From contig OZ219788.1 of NCBI GenBank assembly GCA_964291285.2, forward strand, positions 64,001 to 128,000: a DNA stretch of 64,000 nt, in the 5' to 3' direction. The notes under the pieces were generated by a model. The model searched no databases and had not been told where the DNA came from. It was given only the letters and a program-made list of their open reading frames with translations. This DNA comes from Alphaproteobacteria bacterium (GTDB taxonomy: Bacteria; Pseudomonadota; Alphaproteobacteria; Bin95). A program made the translations under genes and the position numbers. This document shows positions 32,228 through 42,768 of this stretch, piece by piece (the first letter of the stretch is position 1; every line of letters starts with the position of its first letter).

Positions 32228-32992
32228 CTATTGCAGCGAATATTCCGCCTCTGAAACCGGCTTTCCCTCGGGATTGACGAGGCGCATGCGGCCGTTGCGG
32301 TGCTGGAGGCTCAAGCGGTCGTCCCAGAACATCGGGCGCAGGAAGCGGATGGCGAGGTCGAGGCGCTCGGGTATGGCGTCCCCGGCAAGCGCGGCAACAT
32401 AGTAGTGGATGCCCATGAGGCCCGCGGCTATCGGCGCCCGGAAGCCGTAGCGCGCCGCGATCTCGGGGTCGTTGTGGATCGCGTTGAGCGTATCGTCGCT
32501 GTAAGCCGCCACGCCCTCCGGTGTCAGCCGATGTTCGGCGACCTGCTCGAAACCGTCTTCATCGGGAACAGGCGCGCCGCCCCCGCCGGGGCCCCGCTTG
32601 CGCGCCGGGTCGGGTCTGAGCCCGGAGCGTTCCGTCTCGCAGACCTCCCTGCCCTCGCGGTCGCGGTAGCTGAACCGGCACCAGACCCGCCGCCCGCGCC
32701 GCACGTCTTCTATCCGCGTGACCTCGCCCGTCACCGTCAGCGGCTCCTCCAGCCGCGCAGCGCGATGCAGGCGGAAGCGCTGCGTCATATGCACCTGCCC
32801 CAGCAGCGAGATGCCGGACTCGTGCATGGCCTTGAGCGCGCCATGCCCGAGAAAGGTCGGATCCGCCAGGTCTCCGTAGCGCCCGGCGTCGATGCCCGCC
32901 GCGCCGAGTTTCGCTTCCTGAAAGGCGCGTTCGACAGAGAACGCCACCGTCTCGAATGCGAACCCGGTCTCCAGCAGTTCATCCCCTTGCAT
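32228..32992 (-). CDS. Double hot-dog (MaoC-like) dehydratase
   Basis: C-terminal NAIHNDPEIAARYGFRAPIAAG hydratase-2 motif; N-terminal hot-dog-like region. Confidence 0.7.
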   Translation of the reverse strand: MQGDELLETGFAFETVAFSVERAFQEAKLGAAGIDAGRYGDLADPTFLGHGALKAMHESGISLLGQVHMTQRFRLHRAARLEEPLTVTGEVTRIEDVRRGRRVWCRFSYRDREGREVCETERSGLRPDPARKRGPGGGGAPVPDEDGFEQVAEHRLTPEGVAAYSDDTLNAIHNDPEIAARYGFRAPIAAGLMGIHYYVAALAGDAIPERLDLAIRFLRPMFWDDRLSLQHRNGRMRLVNPEGKPVSEAEYSLQ

Positions 32993-34280
32993 CGGCTTCG
33001 CCCTCCTGTCCTGCGTCGCTTCCGGCGCGGCGGGCGAGCGTGCTGGCGAAAATCCAACTCAGCGCCGCCATGCCGGCTGCCACCGCAAGGCTAGCGACCA
33101 GACCGCCCATCTGGAAGCTGAGGCCGGAGAGCAGCGTGCCGACAAGGCGCCCGGCTGCATTGGACATGTAATAGAAGCCGACATCCATCGTCACGCGCTC
33201 GGCGCGGCTCAAGGCGAGGATCAGGTAAGAGTGCAGCGAGGAGTTGAGGGCGAAGACGCCGCCGAAAGCGAGCAGTACCGCCACCAGCACTGCTGTCAGC
33301 GCCGCCCCCTCCATCGCCGCCGCGGCGATCGCCAGGAGGGCCGGGATGAGCGTCAGCGCGCCGACCCAGACCTGCGCCAGGCGGATGGCGTCGCGGACGC
33401 TCTTCTCCCGCGCGCGCAGCAGTCTCGGGGCCAGCGCCTGCACGGCCCCGTAGCCGACGATCCAGAGCGCCATGAAGCCGCCGACGAGGAAGAAGGCGGC
33501 GCGGTCGGAGTCCGGCGTGCCGTCGGACAGCACGGTGTAGAAATAGACCGGCAGCGCCACCACGAACCACACGTCGCGGGCGCCGAACAGGAAGAGGCGC
33601 GCCGCAGAAAGCCGGTTCACCAGCGGGCTTCTGGAGAACACTTCGCGGAACTTCGCCTTCCGGTCGCCGCGCGGCAGGCCCGCCGGCATCCAGACCATGA
33701 CGGCCGCGAGGATGACCGCCAGCACCGCCGCCATGCCGACCACCGCCGCCTCGAAGCCCGCAAGCGCAAGCAGCGCCGCGCCCAGCAGGAATCCGAGGCC
33801 CTTGACCGCGTTCTTCGTGCCCGTCAAGGTCGCCGTCCAGCGGAACAGCGCGCCCTGCTCGCTTGCCGGCGCGAGCAGCCTGACGGCGCTCTTGGCGCTC
33901 ATCTTGGAAAGGTCCTTGGCGATGCCGGAAAGCCCCTGCGCCGCCATGACGAAAGCGACGGAGAGCGCCGTCGTCCAGGCCGGGTCGAGCTGCGTCAGCG
34001 CGCAAAGCGCGGCGATCTGCAGGCCGAGCCCGGCATAAAGCGTCGAGGTGAGCCCGAAACGGGCTGCGACCCAGCCGGCGGAGAGGTTGGTCGCGATGCC
34101 CATGAACTCGTAAAGCAGGAAGAGGTAGGCCAGGTGGACGGGCGAGAAGCCGAGCGTGTGGAAATGCAGCAGCACAAGCATGCGGAGCGCGCCGTCGGTC
34201 AGCATGAAGGCCCAGTAGGCGGCGGTGACCGCGATATAGGCAGCCAGCGCGCCACGTCCGGCAGGAGGCTGCGCGTTCAT
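32979..34280 (-). CDS. arsJ: Organoarsenical efflux MFS transporter
   Basis: YWAFMLTDGALRMLVLLHFH, KDLSKMSAKS and DVGFYYMSNAAGRL; coupled to a GAPDH paralogue. Confidence 0.92.
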   Translation of the reverse strand: MNAQPPAGRGALAAYIAVTAAYWAFMLTDGALRMLVLLHFHTLGFSPVHLAYLFLLYEFMGIATNLSAGWVAARFGLTSTLYAGLGLQIAALCALTQLDPAWTTALSVAFVMAAQGLSGIAKDLSKMSAKSAVRLLAPASEQGALFRWTATLTGTKNAVKGLGFLLGAALLALAGFEAAVVGMAAVLAVILAAVMVWMPAGLPRGDRKAKFREVFSRSPLVNRLSAARLFLFGARDVWFVVALPVYFYTVLSDGTPDSDRAAFFLVGGFMALWIVGYGAVQALAPRLLRAREKSVRDAIRLAQVWVGALTLIPALLAIAAAAMEGAALTAVLVAVLLAFGGVFALNSSLHSYLILALSRAERVTMDVGFYYMSNAAGRLVGTLLSGLSFQMGGLVASLAVAAGMAALSWIFASTLARRAGSDAGQEGEADARG

Positions 34281-35290
34281 CCGAGGCTGTCCGACACGAG
34301 GCCGGCAATGTCGGCGAGGCGGCAGCTGTAGCCCCACTCATTGTCGTACCAGGCGTAGATCTTCGCCTGCGTGCCGTTCACCACCATGGTCGACGGCCCG
34401 TCCACGACGGCCGAGCGCGGGTCGCCCAGGAAGTCCGTCGAGACCAGCGGCCGCGGCTCATAGCCGAGGATTCCCTTGAGCGGCCCCTCCGCCCACTGCG
34501 CGAATAATGCGTTGATCTCGTCCGCGCCGCTCTCGCGAGCCAGTTCGAAGGTGCAGTCCGTCAGCGAGGCGTTCAGCAGCGGCACCCGCACCGCATGGCC
34601 GTTCAGCCGTCCCGCCAGCTCGGGATAAATGAGGCCGATGGCCGTGGCCGAGCCCGTCGTCGTGGGCACGAGCGCGTTCAGGGCCGAGCGTGCCCGGCGC
34701 AGGTCCCGGTGCGGGCGGTCCGCGATCGTCTGCGTGTTCGTCGCGCTGTGGACGGTCGTGATCGAGCCGTGGCGGATGCCGATCTCCTCATGCAGCACCT
34801 TCACCACCGGGGCCAGACAATTGGTGGTGCAGCTTGCCGCCGTCACCACATCGTGGCGCTCGGGATCGTAGAGCGCGTGGTTGACGCCGTAGACGAGGTT
34901 GAGCGCCCTCTCTTCCCTGACGGGTGCGGACACCACGACCTTGGCGGCCCCGGCGTCGAAATAGGGCCGGAGCGCTTCGATGTTCCTGAAGCGGCCGGTG
35001 CAGTCCACGACAAGGTCGATGCCGCGCGCCGCCAGCGGCAGGTCCCCGATGCGCTCCGCCCCGGCGATTTCGATACCGTGCCCGTTGACCGAGACCGCGC
35101 CCGGCCGGTGGTCGATCCGGGCGTCCCAGCGCCCGTGCACGGTGTCGAATTCCAGCAGATGCGCGTGGCAGGCGGCGTCGCCCAGCCTGTCGTTCGCCAG
35201 CACGACCTCGCCCAGCCGCCCGGCGCCGTCCATCGCCCGCAGGAACAGCTTGCCGATGCGCCCGAGCCCGTTGACCGCTATGCGCGCCAT
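34277..35290 (-). CDS. ArsJ-associated glyceraldehyde-3-phosphate dehydrogenase
   Basis: NGLGRIG, AASCTTNCLAP, RRARSA and WYDNEWGY; ATGA overlap with arsJ. Confidence 0.92.
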   Translation of the reverse strand: MARIAVNGLGRIGKLFLRAMDGAGRLGEVVLANDRLGDAACHAHLLEFDTVHGRWDARIDHRPGAVSVNGHGIEIAGAERIGDLPLAARGIDLVVDCTGRFRNIEALRPYFDAGAAKVVVSAPVREERALNLVYGVNHALYDPERHDVVTAASCTTNCLAPVVKVLHEEIGIRHGSITTVHSATNTQTIADRPHRDLRRARSALNALVPTTTGSATAIGLIYPELAGRLNGHAVRVPLLNASLTDCTFELARESGADEINALFAQWAEGPLKGILGYEPRPLVSTDFLGDPRSAVVDGPSTMVVNGTQAKIYAWYDNEWGYSCRLADIAGLVSDSLG

Positions 35291-35366
35291 CGCTCCAACC
35301 CCGGGTTTGCGGAACGAGGCGACCCTAAGTGCGGTTTATGAAATTCCGGTTGCAGCGCCGCCCCGG

Positions 35367-37685
35367 TCAGCGCGGCCAGTCGTCCTCGCGGTAAATGAAC
35401 ATCGGGCTGCTCCACGCCTGGAAGCCGTCCTCGGTGAACACCGACACCCAGAGGGGATTGTCGCCCTTCGCCGCGAGCGGCACCTCCAGCTCGGTCGAGA
35501 ACTCCCGGCAGGAGAGTTCCTCCGGCAGCCGGAACACCCTGATCCGCCGCTCCAGGCCGCCCGCTTCCATGACCCAGTCCTCCAGGCCGATCTCGGCGAG
35601 CGGATGGTCGAGCGCGCCGAGATTGCTCGTCAGGTGGAACATGCTGTCCGGCGTCTCGTCGAGCCACACGTCGAAGCCGCCGAAATTGCCCGTGGTGATG
35701 GCGTCGAACACGACCGTGTCCGCTCCCCTCCGCTCCAGCAGGCGTTCCTTGTTCCAGGCGTTGACGGGCTCCATGCGCAGGATCGACGCATGCTGGAAGC
35801 GCGCCCGGCCCTTCCAGTTGGTCTCGCGCCCGCGCCCCCTGTATTCGGCGCCGGACCACAGCACGCGGATGCGCGACCCGAGCGCGTCCGCGCCGTGCGG
35901 GCGGAGCGTGCGGACGACCTCCGTGCCGTTGCGGACCTCGATCCGCTCGATGGGCGCCTGGGTCACGACCTCGAGCGACAGCGTGACGGCCTCATCGTCG
36001 GTCTGCGCGATGTCGCCCATCATGATCCCGCCGACCGGCCGCGCCTCTTCGCCCTCGAAGGCGTGCGGGTCGCGCTCGAACAGGTTGCCGCCGGTCGCGA
36101 ACCGGGCGCGCACGTCGAGATGCATCCGGGTGCCGGTGGTGCCGTAGGTGTGGCGGCGCTGGACGGCGTCCATGATGCCGTCGCGGCTGAGCTCCGTCGC
36201 ATAGAAGCAGGTGAGCCCGCCATAGGCCCCGAAGGTGGAGGCGCCTGGATAGCTGGCGCCCGGCCTGCCCTTGTGGCCGTCGCTGTTGCAGACCACGCCC
36301 GAGCGGTGCCCGAGCGGGAAGCCGTCGGTCAGCAGCCACTCGAAGGTGCCCCAGGCCGAGTGGATCTCCATTGCGGCTTCCCGGCGCGGGTCGTGCGCAT
36401 AGGCGATGTCGGCGTAGCGGCCGCCCACATGCGCGTAGATGAAGCAGTCCTCCCCGGCCAGCATCTCGAACAGGCGGTTGGCGTTGGGCGCGTCCGTGTC
36501 GAGGTCGGAGCGGTCGGTCAGCAGGGCGTGCGAGGAGCGGTGGATCGGCCGGCCCTCGCTGCGGAAATAGACGTTGCGGTCGCCGCCGACAGCCGTGTTG
36601 CCGGACCATTCGTAGCCGGGGAAGGTGACGAAGCGGCCCTCCTCGTGGTGCTCCGCCGTCAGCTCGTTCACATGCTCCCAGAAGGTGTTGTTGACCTGGA
36701 AGTCGTTGGCCTGGTGGGCGGTCGCGTCGAGGAAGGACTTGTTGCGGGCGAAGTCGAAATACTGCCGCGCCGTGGTGATGCCGATGCTCTCGCCGCTCTG
36801 CCCGTGCAGGTCGCCCCAATAGCCGCCGAACGGGCCGTCCCGGACGACGAGGGGATGCGATTCCGCCGCAAGCCGCCCTTCCTCGTCGCGCACGGCGATA
36901 CGCAGAATGCCCGGCTCGGCGACGGTGAGGCCCTCGAAACAGATCGACTTGCGCCCCGGCGGGTAATCGACCTCTACCGGCAGGCCGGCCACCGGCATCG
37001 TGCATTCCAGCGTGAACCGGCCGCTCGCCCGGTCGGTCGGGTTGCCCCAGACATCCTCGGCCTTCAGTCCGAACTGGAACCGTTCGCCGGGGCGGCGGAG
37101 CGACGGCAGCACCGCGCGCCAGCAGACCGGCGGCCCCGGCACGACGGAAATCGCCGGCGAATTCGGGATCGGCACATGGTGGCCGACGGCGCAGACATCG
37201 GCGAGGACGCGGAACTGGAAATCCATTTCCACCATCGTCTGCATCCGCATGCCGGGCGAGCCGCCGGAGGTGTCGCCGAAGGTGATGTGGATGGCGTCGC
37301 CCTCGCGCAGGAAGCCGCCCATGACATGCGCCGTCAGCGCCTTCCAGCGCGGCCGGGGCGCGCCGTGCGAAACGTAGGAGAGCCGGATCGGCACGCCCTT
37401 GCTGGAGCGCGCGGTGACGTAGTTGTAGCCGGCGGGGTCGTCCATCTGCAGCCCGCCCCAGTCCCCAAGCGAGCGGAACGAGACCCGGATACTGCCCGTG
37501 TCGTCGAGGCCGTAGCGCCCGACCGTATAGACCAGCTCGAAGGTCTGGAGGCTGCGGACCTCGACCGGGTCGTTCGGGCGGAGCTCCGCATAGCCGTAGA
37601 GCACCGGGTCCGCGCCCGGCTGCACCGCCGGCCAGGCCTCGCCCATCATCTCGTCCGCAAGCGGCCCGTCCCTGAATTCCTTCAT
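35367..37685 (-). CDS. DUF3604 family protein (PHP-like metal-binding domain)
   Basis: YWGDLHGQS, PGYEWS, NSDGH, YGTTG and AWSSP motifs. Confidence 0.75.
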   Translation of the reverse strand: MKEFRDGPLADEMMGEAWPAVQPGADPVLYGYAELRPNDPVEVRSLQTFELVYTVGRYGLDDTGSIRVSFRSLGDWGGLQMDDPAGYNYVTARSSKGVPIRLSYVSHGAPRPRWKALTAHVMGGFLREGDAIHITFGDTSGGSPGMRMQTMVEMDFQFRVLADVCAVGHHVPIPNSPAISVVPGPPVCWRAVLPSLRRPGERFQFGLKAEDVWGNPTDRASGRFTLECTMPVAGLPVEVDYPPGRKSICFEGLTVAEPGILRIAVRDEEGRLAAESHPLVVRDGPFGGYWGDLHGQSGESIGITTARQYFDFARNKSFLDATAHQANDFQVNNTFWEHVNELTAEHHEEGRFVTFPGYEWSGNTAVGGDRNVYFRSEGRPIHRSSHALLTDRSDLDTDAPNANRLFEMLAGEDCFIYAHVGGRYADIAYAHDPRREAAMEIHSAWGTFEWLLTDGFPLGHRSGVVCNSDGHKGRPGASYPGASTFGAYGGLTCFYATELSRDGIMDAVQRRHTYGTTGTRMHLDVRARFATGGNLFERDPHAFEGEEARPVGGIMMGDIAQTDDEAVTLSLEVVTQAPIERIEVRNGTEVVRTLRPHGADALGSRIRVLWSGAEYRGRGRETNWKGRARFQHASILRMEPVNAWNKERLLERRGADTVVFDAITTGNFGGFDVWLDETPDSMFHLTSNLGALDHPLAEIGLEDWVMEAGGLERRIRVFRLPEELSCREFSTELEVPLAAKGDNPLWVSVFTEDGFQAWSSPMFIYREDDWPR

Positions 37686-37846
37686 GCTCGGCTCCCGGTT
37701 TCCGTCAGTGCGGGTTCCGCCCCGTCCCGCGCCACTCATAGCCGACCCGCGCGCCGGCGGCAAAGGCGGCCGGGCTTCGTTTCCGGCCCCGGCGCATCGC
37801 CTCTATAGTCGCCGGCGCAACCGCCCGGCGGGAGGCTCGGGGAGCC

Positions 37847-38503
37847 ATGATCCACTACACCTACTGGCGCAGCACGGCCGCCTACCGGGTGCGCATCGCG
37901 CTCAACCTCAAGGGCGTGCCCCACGAGTCCGCCTATGTGCATCTCTCGCGCGGCGGCGGCGAGCACAAACAGGCGGCCTACCGCGCGAAGAACCCGCAGG
38001 GCCTGGTGCCGGCGCTGGAGGTGGACGGGACGGTCTTCGGGCAGTCGCTCGCGATCCTCGAATATCTGGAGGAGACGCACCCCGAGCCGCCGCTCCTGCC
38101 GAAGGACCCGGTCGAGCGCGGGCGCGTGCGGGCGCTCGCCGGCCTGATCGCCTGCGACATGCACCCGGTGAACAACCTCCGCATCCAGATCTACCTCCGC
38201 CGGCAGATGGGATGCAGCCAGGACCAGGTGCTCGCCTGGTACCGGCACTGGATCGCGGAAGGCTTCGGCGGCATCGAGCCGGAACTCGCCCGGACGGCGG
38301 GCACATGCTGCTTCGGCGACACCATCTCCATGGCGGATGTCTGCCTCATCCCGCAGGTCTTCAACGCCCGGCGCTTCGACTGCGACCTCTCGGCCTACCC
38401 GAACATCACCGCCATCGACGCGCGGCTCTCCGCCCACCCGGCCTTCAGGGCCGCCGAGCCGCTGGCGCAGGAAGACGCCGAGCCGGATAACGACCCCGGC
38501 TGA
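37847..38503 (+). CDS. maiA: Maleylacetoacetate isomerase (zeta-class GST)
   Basis: YWRSTAAYRVRIALNLK, NPQGLVP and CDMHPVNNLR. Confidence 0.92.
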   Translation: MIHYTYWRSTAAYRVRIALNLKGVPHESAYVHLSRGGGEHKQAAYRAKNPQGLVPALEVDGTVFGQSLAILEYLEETHPEPPLLPKDPVERGRVRALAGLIACDMHPVNNLRIQIYLRRQMGCSQDQVLAWYRHWIAEGFGGIEPELARTAGTCCFGDTISMADVCLIPQVFNARRFDCDLSAYPNITAIDARLSAHPAFRAAEPLAQEDAEPDNDPG

Positions 38504-38552
38504 CGGCAACGACAACAATCGTTCATTACGGAACTTCCGGAGGCCCTGCCCC

Positions 38553-39542
38553 ATGAACCGGCGACGCTTCGGCCGTACGAATATCGGGATTTCGGAACTC
38601 ACCCTCGGCGGCGGCTTCGTCGGCGGCCTGCTGCTGCACAAGCCGGACGAGGTGAAGCGGGAGTGCATCGCGGCCTGCCTCGACGCGGGCATGAACTGGA
38701 TCGACACCGCGGCCGACTATGGCGGCGGCGAGTCCGAGAAGGCGATCAGCTGGCTGGTCGGCGAACTGCCGGCGGACAGGCGCCCGCATATCAGCACCAA
38801 GGTCCGGCTCGACGCCTCGCGGCGCGACAATTTCCCGGACCAGGTGCGCGCGTCGATGGAGGGCAGCCTCGAACGCCTCAAGGTTGACCGGGTGGACCTG
38901 CTGATCCTCCACAACCCGCTCGTGCCGGAGCCCGACAGCGCAACGCTGACGCTCGACGAGGCGCTCGGCGTCATGGACTGCTTCGACGAACTGCGCGGCG
39001 AGGGGCTGTTCGACCATGCGGGCTTCACCGCGCTCGGCGACGGGCCGACCGTCCGCGCCGCCATCGCATCCGGGCGCTTCGACATGGCGCAGGTCTATTA
39101 CAACATGCTGAACCCGACGGCCGGCTTCTCGCTCGGCGGCGGGACGGGCGCCGGCTGGTCGGACTCGGACTTCACCGGCCTGCTGGACGCCTGCCGGGAG
39201 CATGATGTCGGGGTGATGAACATCCGCATCTTCGCGGCCGGCGTGCTGGCGGCGGACGAGCGCCACGGGCGCGAAATCCCGATCACCGCCAATGCCGGAA
39301 TGGAGGCGGAGGAAGCCCGCGCCCGCGCGGTGCTCGATGCCCTCGGAGAACGCGGCGAAACCCGTTCGCAGACGGCGATCCGGTTCGGCCTCAGCCATCC
39401 CGCTGTCTCGACGGTGGTGTTCGGCGTCGCCGAGATGGCGCATGTCCGCCAGGCGCTCGCGGCCCCCGGCCTCGGGCCGCTGGAGGAGGACGCGCTCGCC
39501 GCGCTCCGCCGCGCCTGGACCTCCGATGCCTTCCGCGGTTAG
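38553..39542 (+). CDS. Aldo/keto reductase
   Basis: IDTAADYGGGESE, STK and SLERLKVDRVDLLILH. Confidence 0.88.
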   Translation: MNRRRFGRTNIGISELTLGGGFVGGLLLHKPDEVKRECIAACLDAGMNWIDTAADYGGGESEKAISWLVGELPADRRPHISTKVRLDASRRDNFPDQVRASMEGSLERLKVDRVDLLILHNPLVPEPDSATLTLDEALGVMDCFDELRGEGLFDHAGFTALGDGPTVRAAIASGRFDMAQVYYNMLNPTAGFSLGGGTGAGWSDSDFTGLLDACREHDVGVMNIRIFAAGVLAADERHGREIPITANAGMEAEEARARAVLDALGERGETRSQTAIRFGLSHPAVSTVVFGVAEMAHVRQALAAPGLGPLEEDALAALRRAWTSDAFRG

Positions 39543-39551
39543 GGCAGGGCG

Positions 39552-40817
39552 TTGACCGCCGGGCGCACGGACTACGACGTCATCGTCGCCGGCGGCGGGT
39601 CCGCCGGCGTGGCGGCCGCCGTCGCCAGCGCGCGCATGGGCGCCCGAACGCTCCTTGTCGAGCGCTACAACTGCCTCGGCGGCGCGGCGACGATGCGCAA
39701 TGTCGTCACCTATTGCGGCCTCTACACGCTCGGCGAGACGCCGCGCCGCGTCGTCGGCGGCATCGGCGAAGAGGTCATGCAGGGCCTGCGCCGGCAGGGC
39801 GCCGTGGACGGGCCGCACCGGCATCGCGGCGTCTTCGTCACCTTCGAGCCGGAAGCGGTGAAGCCTGTCCTCGACGGCCTGGCCGCGGCGGCCGGCGTGA
39901 CCGTGATGTTCTCCGGTTTCGTCGCCGACGCAGAACGGCGCGGCGGCCGGATGCGCAGCGTCACCGTCGCCGGCCATTCGGGGCTGGAGACCTTCGCCGC
40001 CAGAGCCTTCGTGGACTGCACGGGCGAAGGCGACCTGGCGGCCTTCGCCGGCGCCAGCACCCGCTACGGCAACGGCGCGGACGTCAATCTCGGCACGCTC
40101 GGCACGCGGTTCGGCGGCATCCCGCGCTCCGTTCCCGTCACGGCCGAGCGCATTGCCGACGCGGTGGCGGGGCTGGGGGCGAGGGCGGCCTCCGTCACCA
40201 AGGACCGCAGCGTCGTCGCCCGCCTGCCTATATCCGGCGATGTCGTCGTGTATCTCGCCTCGGAGGACTACGACCCGCGCGACAGCCTCTCCATGTCGGC
40301 CGCGGAGGCGCGCGGCCGGCAGCAGGCCTGGGTTTATCTGGACGCGCTGCGGACCGTCGAGGACTGCGGGAACGCTTACCTCGTCGCCACGGGCCCGGAG
40401 TTCGGCACGCGCGAGTCGCGCCATCTCAACTGCCTGCGCCAACTCGCCTGGGCCGACATCGGGAACCGCGCCCGGTTCGACGACTGCATCGCGCTCGGCG
40501 GCTGGGGCGCGGAATGGCACGACCGCGCCACCTGGGAGAGCACCTACGACTACCCGCCGGACCGGGGGGCATACGAGATACCGCTCGGCTGCCTGCGCAG
40601 CGCGGACACGGCCAACCTGTTCTGCGCCGGGCGCCTCGCCGACGGCGACCGGAAGGCCGGCGCCGCCATCCGGGTCATGGGCACCGCCTTCGCCACCGGC
40701 CAGGCCGCCGGCGTCGCGGCCGCGCTCGAAGCCGACGGCCGCTTTGCGGTCTCCGCCGTGCAGGCCGCGCTGAAGCAGCAGGACGCCATCCTCGACCCCG
40801 CCGACATCCAGGGGTGA
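39552..40817 (+). CDS. FAD-dependent oxidoreductase (FAD_oxidored family)
   Basis: GGGSAG, VDCTGEGDL, GTRESR, YEIP and ATGQAAG; TTG start. Confidence 0.85.
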   Translation: MTAGRTDYDVIVAGGGSAGVAAAVASARMGARTLLVERYNCLGGAATMRNVVTYCGLYTLGETPRRVVGGIGEEVMQGLRRQGAVDGPHRHRGVFVTFEPEAVKPVLDGLAAAAGVTVMFSGFVADAERRGGRMRSVTVAGHSGLETFAARAFVDCTGEGDLAAFAGASTRYGNGADVNLGTLGTRFGGIPRSVPVTAERIADAVAGLGARAASVTKDRSVVARLPISGDVVVYLASEDYDPRDSLSMSAAEARGRQQAWVYLDALRTVEDCGNAYLVATGPEFGTRESRHLNCLRQLAWADIGNRARFDDCIALGGWGAEWHDRATWESTYDYPPDRGAYEIPLGCLRSADTANLFCAGRLADGDRKAGAAIRVMGTAFATGQAAGVAAALEADGRFAVSAVQAALKQQDAILDPADIQG

Positions 40818-40835
40818 AGGACGCGAAAGGCGGGG

Positions 40836-41759
40836 CTATTCCTTCGGCGCGGCGATCAGGCCGTAATGCTGCGGCTGGCGGTGCAGGGCGAAATCGAAAA
40901 TCTGCCGGCGGATTTCGTCGCAGCGGTCAAGGTCGCAATCGGCGACGACCACCTCGTCGCCGACGCCCTGCGCCATGGCGACGATCTCGCCCGTCGGCGC
41001 GACGATGACGCTCTGGCCGATGAGCTCGCAGCCCTCCTCCCGGCCCGCCTTGGCGACACCCACCACCCAGTTGCCGTTCTGGTAGGCCCCGGCCTGCATG
41101 GAGAGGTGGTTGTGGAACCACATCAGGTGGTCGTGCTCGGGCACCGGCGGGTTGTGGGTCGGGGTGTTGTAGCCGAGCATCACCAGTTCGACCCCTTGCA
41201 GGCCCATCACCCGGTAGGTCTCCGGCCAGCGGCGGTCGTTGCAGATGCACATGCCCATCCTGCCGCCGAACGCCTCGAACACCGGGAAGCCGAGGTCGCC
41301 CGGCTCGAAATAGGCCTTCTCCAGATGCTGGAAGGGCCGCCAGGGCTCATGCTCGGCATGGCCGGGCAGATGGACCTTGCGGTATTTGCCGACGATCCCG
41401 CCCTTGCCGTCCACCAGGATCGAGGTGTTGAAGCGCCGCTTGCCGCCGCCCGGCTCCCGGACAAGCTCGGCATAGCCGAGATAGAAGCCGACCCCGAGTT
41501 CCGCCGCCAGCTCGAACAGCGGGCGCACCGCCGCGTTCGGCATTTCGGTCTCGTAGAAGGCGTCGAGTTCGGCTTCGTCCTCAAGGTGCCAGCGCGGGAA
41601 GAAACTGGTGAGCGCGAGTTCGGGAAAGACCACGATCTTCGCGCCCCTGGCATGGGCCTCGCGCATCATCTCCGACATGCGGGCAACGCAGGACTGGCGC
41701 GACTCCTCGCGGGCGATGGGCCCCATCTGCGCGGCGGCGACGCCTAGTTTCCGGGCCAT
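40836..41759 (-). CDS. N-carbamoyl-D-amino-acid hydrolase (nitrilase superfamily)
   Basis: FPELAL, YRKVHLPGH and ICNDRRWPE (Glu-Lys-Cys triad). Confidence 0.9.
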   Translation of the reverse strand: MARKLGVAAAQMGPIAREESRQSCVARMSEMMREAHARGAKIVVFPELALTSFFPRWHLEDEAELDAFYETEMPNAAVRPLFELAAELGVGFYLGYAELVREPGGGKRRFNTSILVDGKGGIVGKYRKVHLPGHAEHEPWRPFQHLEKAYFEPGDLGFPVFEAFGGRMGMCICNDRRWPETYRVMGLQGVELVMLGYNTPTHNPPVPEHDHLMWFHNHLSMQAGAYQNGNWVVGVAKAGREEGCELIGQSVIVAPTGEIVAMAQGVGDEVVVADCDLDRCDEIRRQIFDFALHRQPQHYGLIAAPKE

Positions 41760-41778
41760 GGCGCTCTCCTTGCAGGCG

Positions 41779-42768
41779 TTACTCCGGCGCGGCGCCCGGC
41801 ACCAGATGACAGGCAACCTGGTGGCCGGATGCGACATGACGCATCAGCGGCTCCTCGACGCGGCAGCGCGCCTCGGCCAGCGGGCAGCGCGTATGGAAAC
41901 GGCAGCCCGCCGGCGGATTGATGGGACTCGGAATGTCGCCCTTCAGGATAATGCGCTCGCGCCTGGCGCCGGGTTCCGGCACCGGCGCGGCGGACAGCAG
42001 GGCGCGCGTATAGGGATGGCGCGGGTCGGCAAACAGGGTTTCGCGGTCCGTAAGCTCGACGATCTTGCCGAGATACATGACCGCAACCCGGTGGCTGATA
42101 TGCTCGACCACGGCGAGGTCGTGGCTGATGAAGAGATAGGCGAGGTCGAATTCGTCCTGCAGGTCCATCAGCAGGTTCAGCACCTGGGCCTGCACCGAGA
42201 CATCGAGTGCCGAGACAGGCTCGTCTGCAACGATCAGGCCGGGCTCCAGCGCCAGCGCCCGCGCCACGCCGAGCCGCTGGCGCTGCCCGCCGGAGAACTC
42301 GTGCGGATACTTGACCATCTGGTCCGGCCGGAGGCCCACCCGGCCGAACAGGGCCCGCACCCGCTCCTCGATCTCCGCGCGCGGGATTTCGCTGTAGTTC
42401 TCCAGCGGTTCGGCCACGATGCGGCGCGCCGAGAGCCGTGGGTTGAGCGAGGCATAGGGGTCCTGGAACACCATCTGCATCTGCCGGCGCAAGGTACGCA
42501 TCCGGGCCGCGCGGGCATGGGTCACATCCTCGCCGCGCACCAGGATTTCGCCCGAGGTCGGATCGATCAGGCGCAGCACCGTCTTGCCGACCGTCGATTT
42601 GCCGGAACCGCTTTCGCCGACAAGGCCCAGCGTCTCGCCCCGGCGAATATCGAAGCTGATGCCGTCGACGGCCAGCACCGACCCGACCCTGCGCCTCAGG
42701 AGGCCCGCATGGACCGGGAAATGCTTCTTGAGATCGCGGACCTCCAGGACGGTGTCGTCGTCGCTCAT
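41779..42768 (-). CDS. Peptide-type ABC transporter ATPase (OppF/DppF-like)
   Basis: [16 protein letters not shown] and GCRFHTRC. Confidence 0.93.
   Translation of the reverse strand: MSDDDTVLEVRDLKKHFPVHAGLLRRRVGSVLAVDGISFDIRRGETLGLVGESGSGKSTVGKTVLRLIDPTSGEILVRGEDVTHARAARMRTLRRQMQMVFQDPYASLNPRLSARRIVAEPLENYSEIPRAEIEERVRALFGRVGLRPDQMVKYPHEFSGGQRQRLGVARALALEPGLIVADEPVSALDVSVQAQVLNLLMDLQDEFDLAYLFISHDLAVVEHISHRVAVMYLGKIVELTDRETLFADPRHPYTRALLSAAPVPEPGARRERIILKGDIPSPINPPAGCRFHTRCPLAEARCRVEEPLMRHVASGHQVACHLVPGAAPE

Noticed and set aside
34980-37808. 942-aa plus-strand ORF and similar long ORFs (24850-27438, 60094-62403, 38526-40520)
   Set aside because: Antisense or alternative-frame shadows of real genes, expected at high GC; no recognisable motifs
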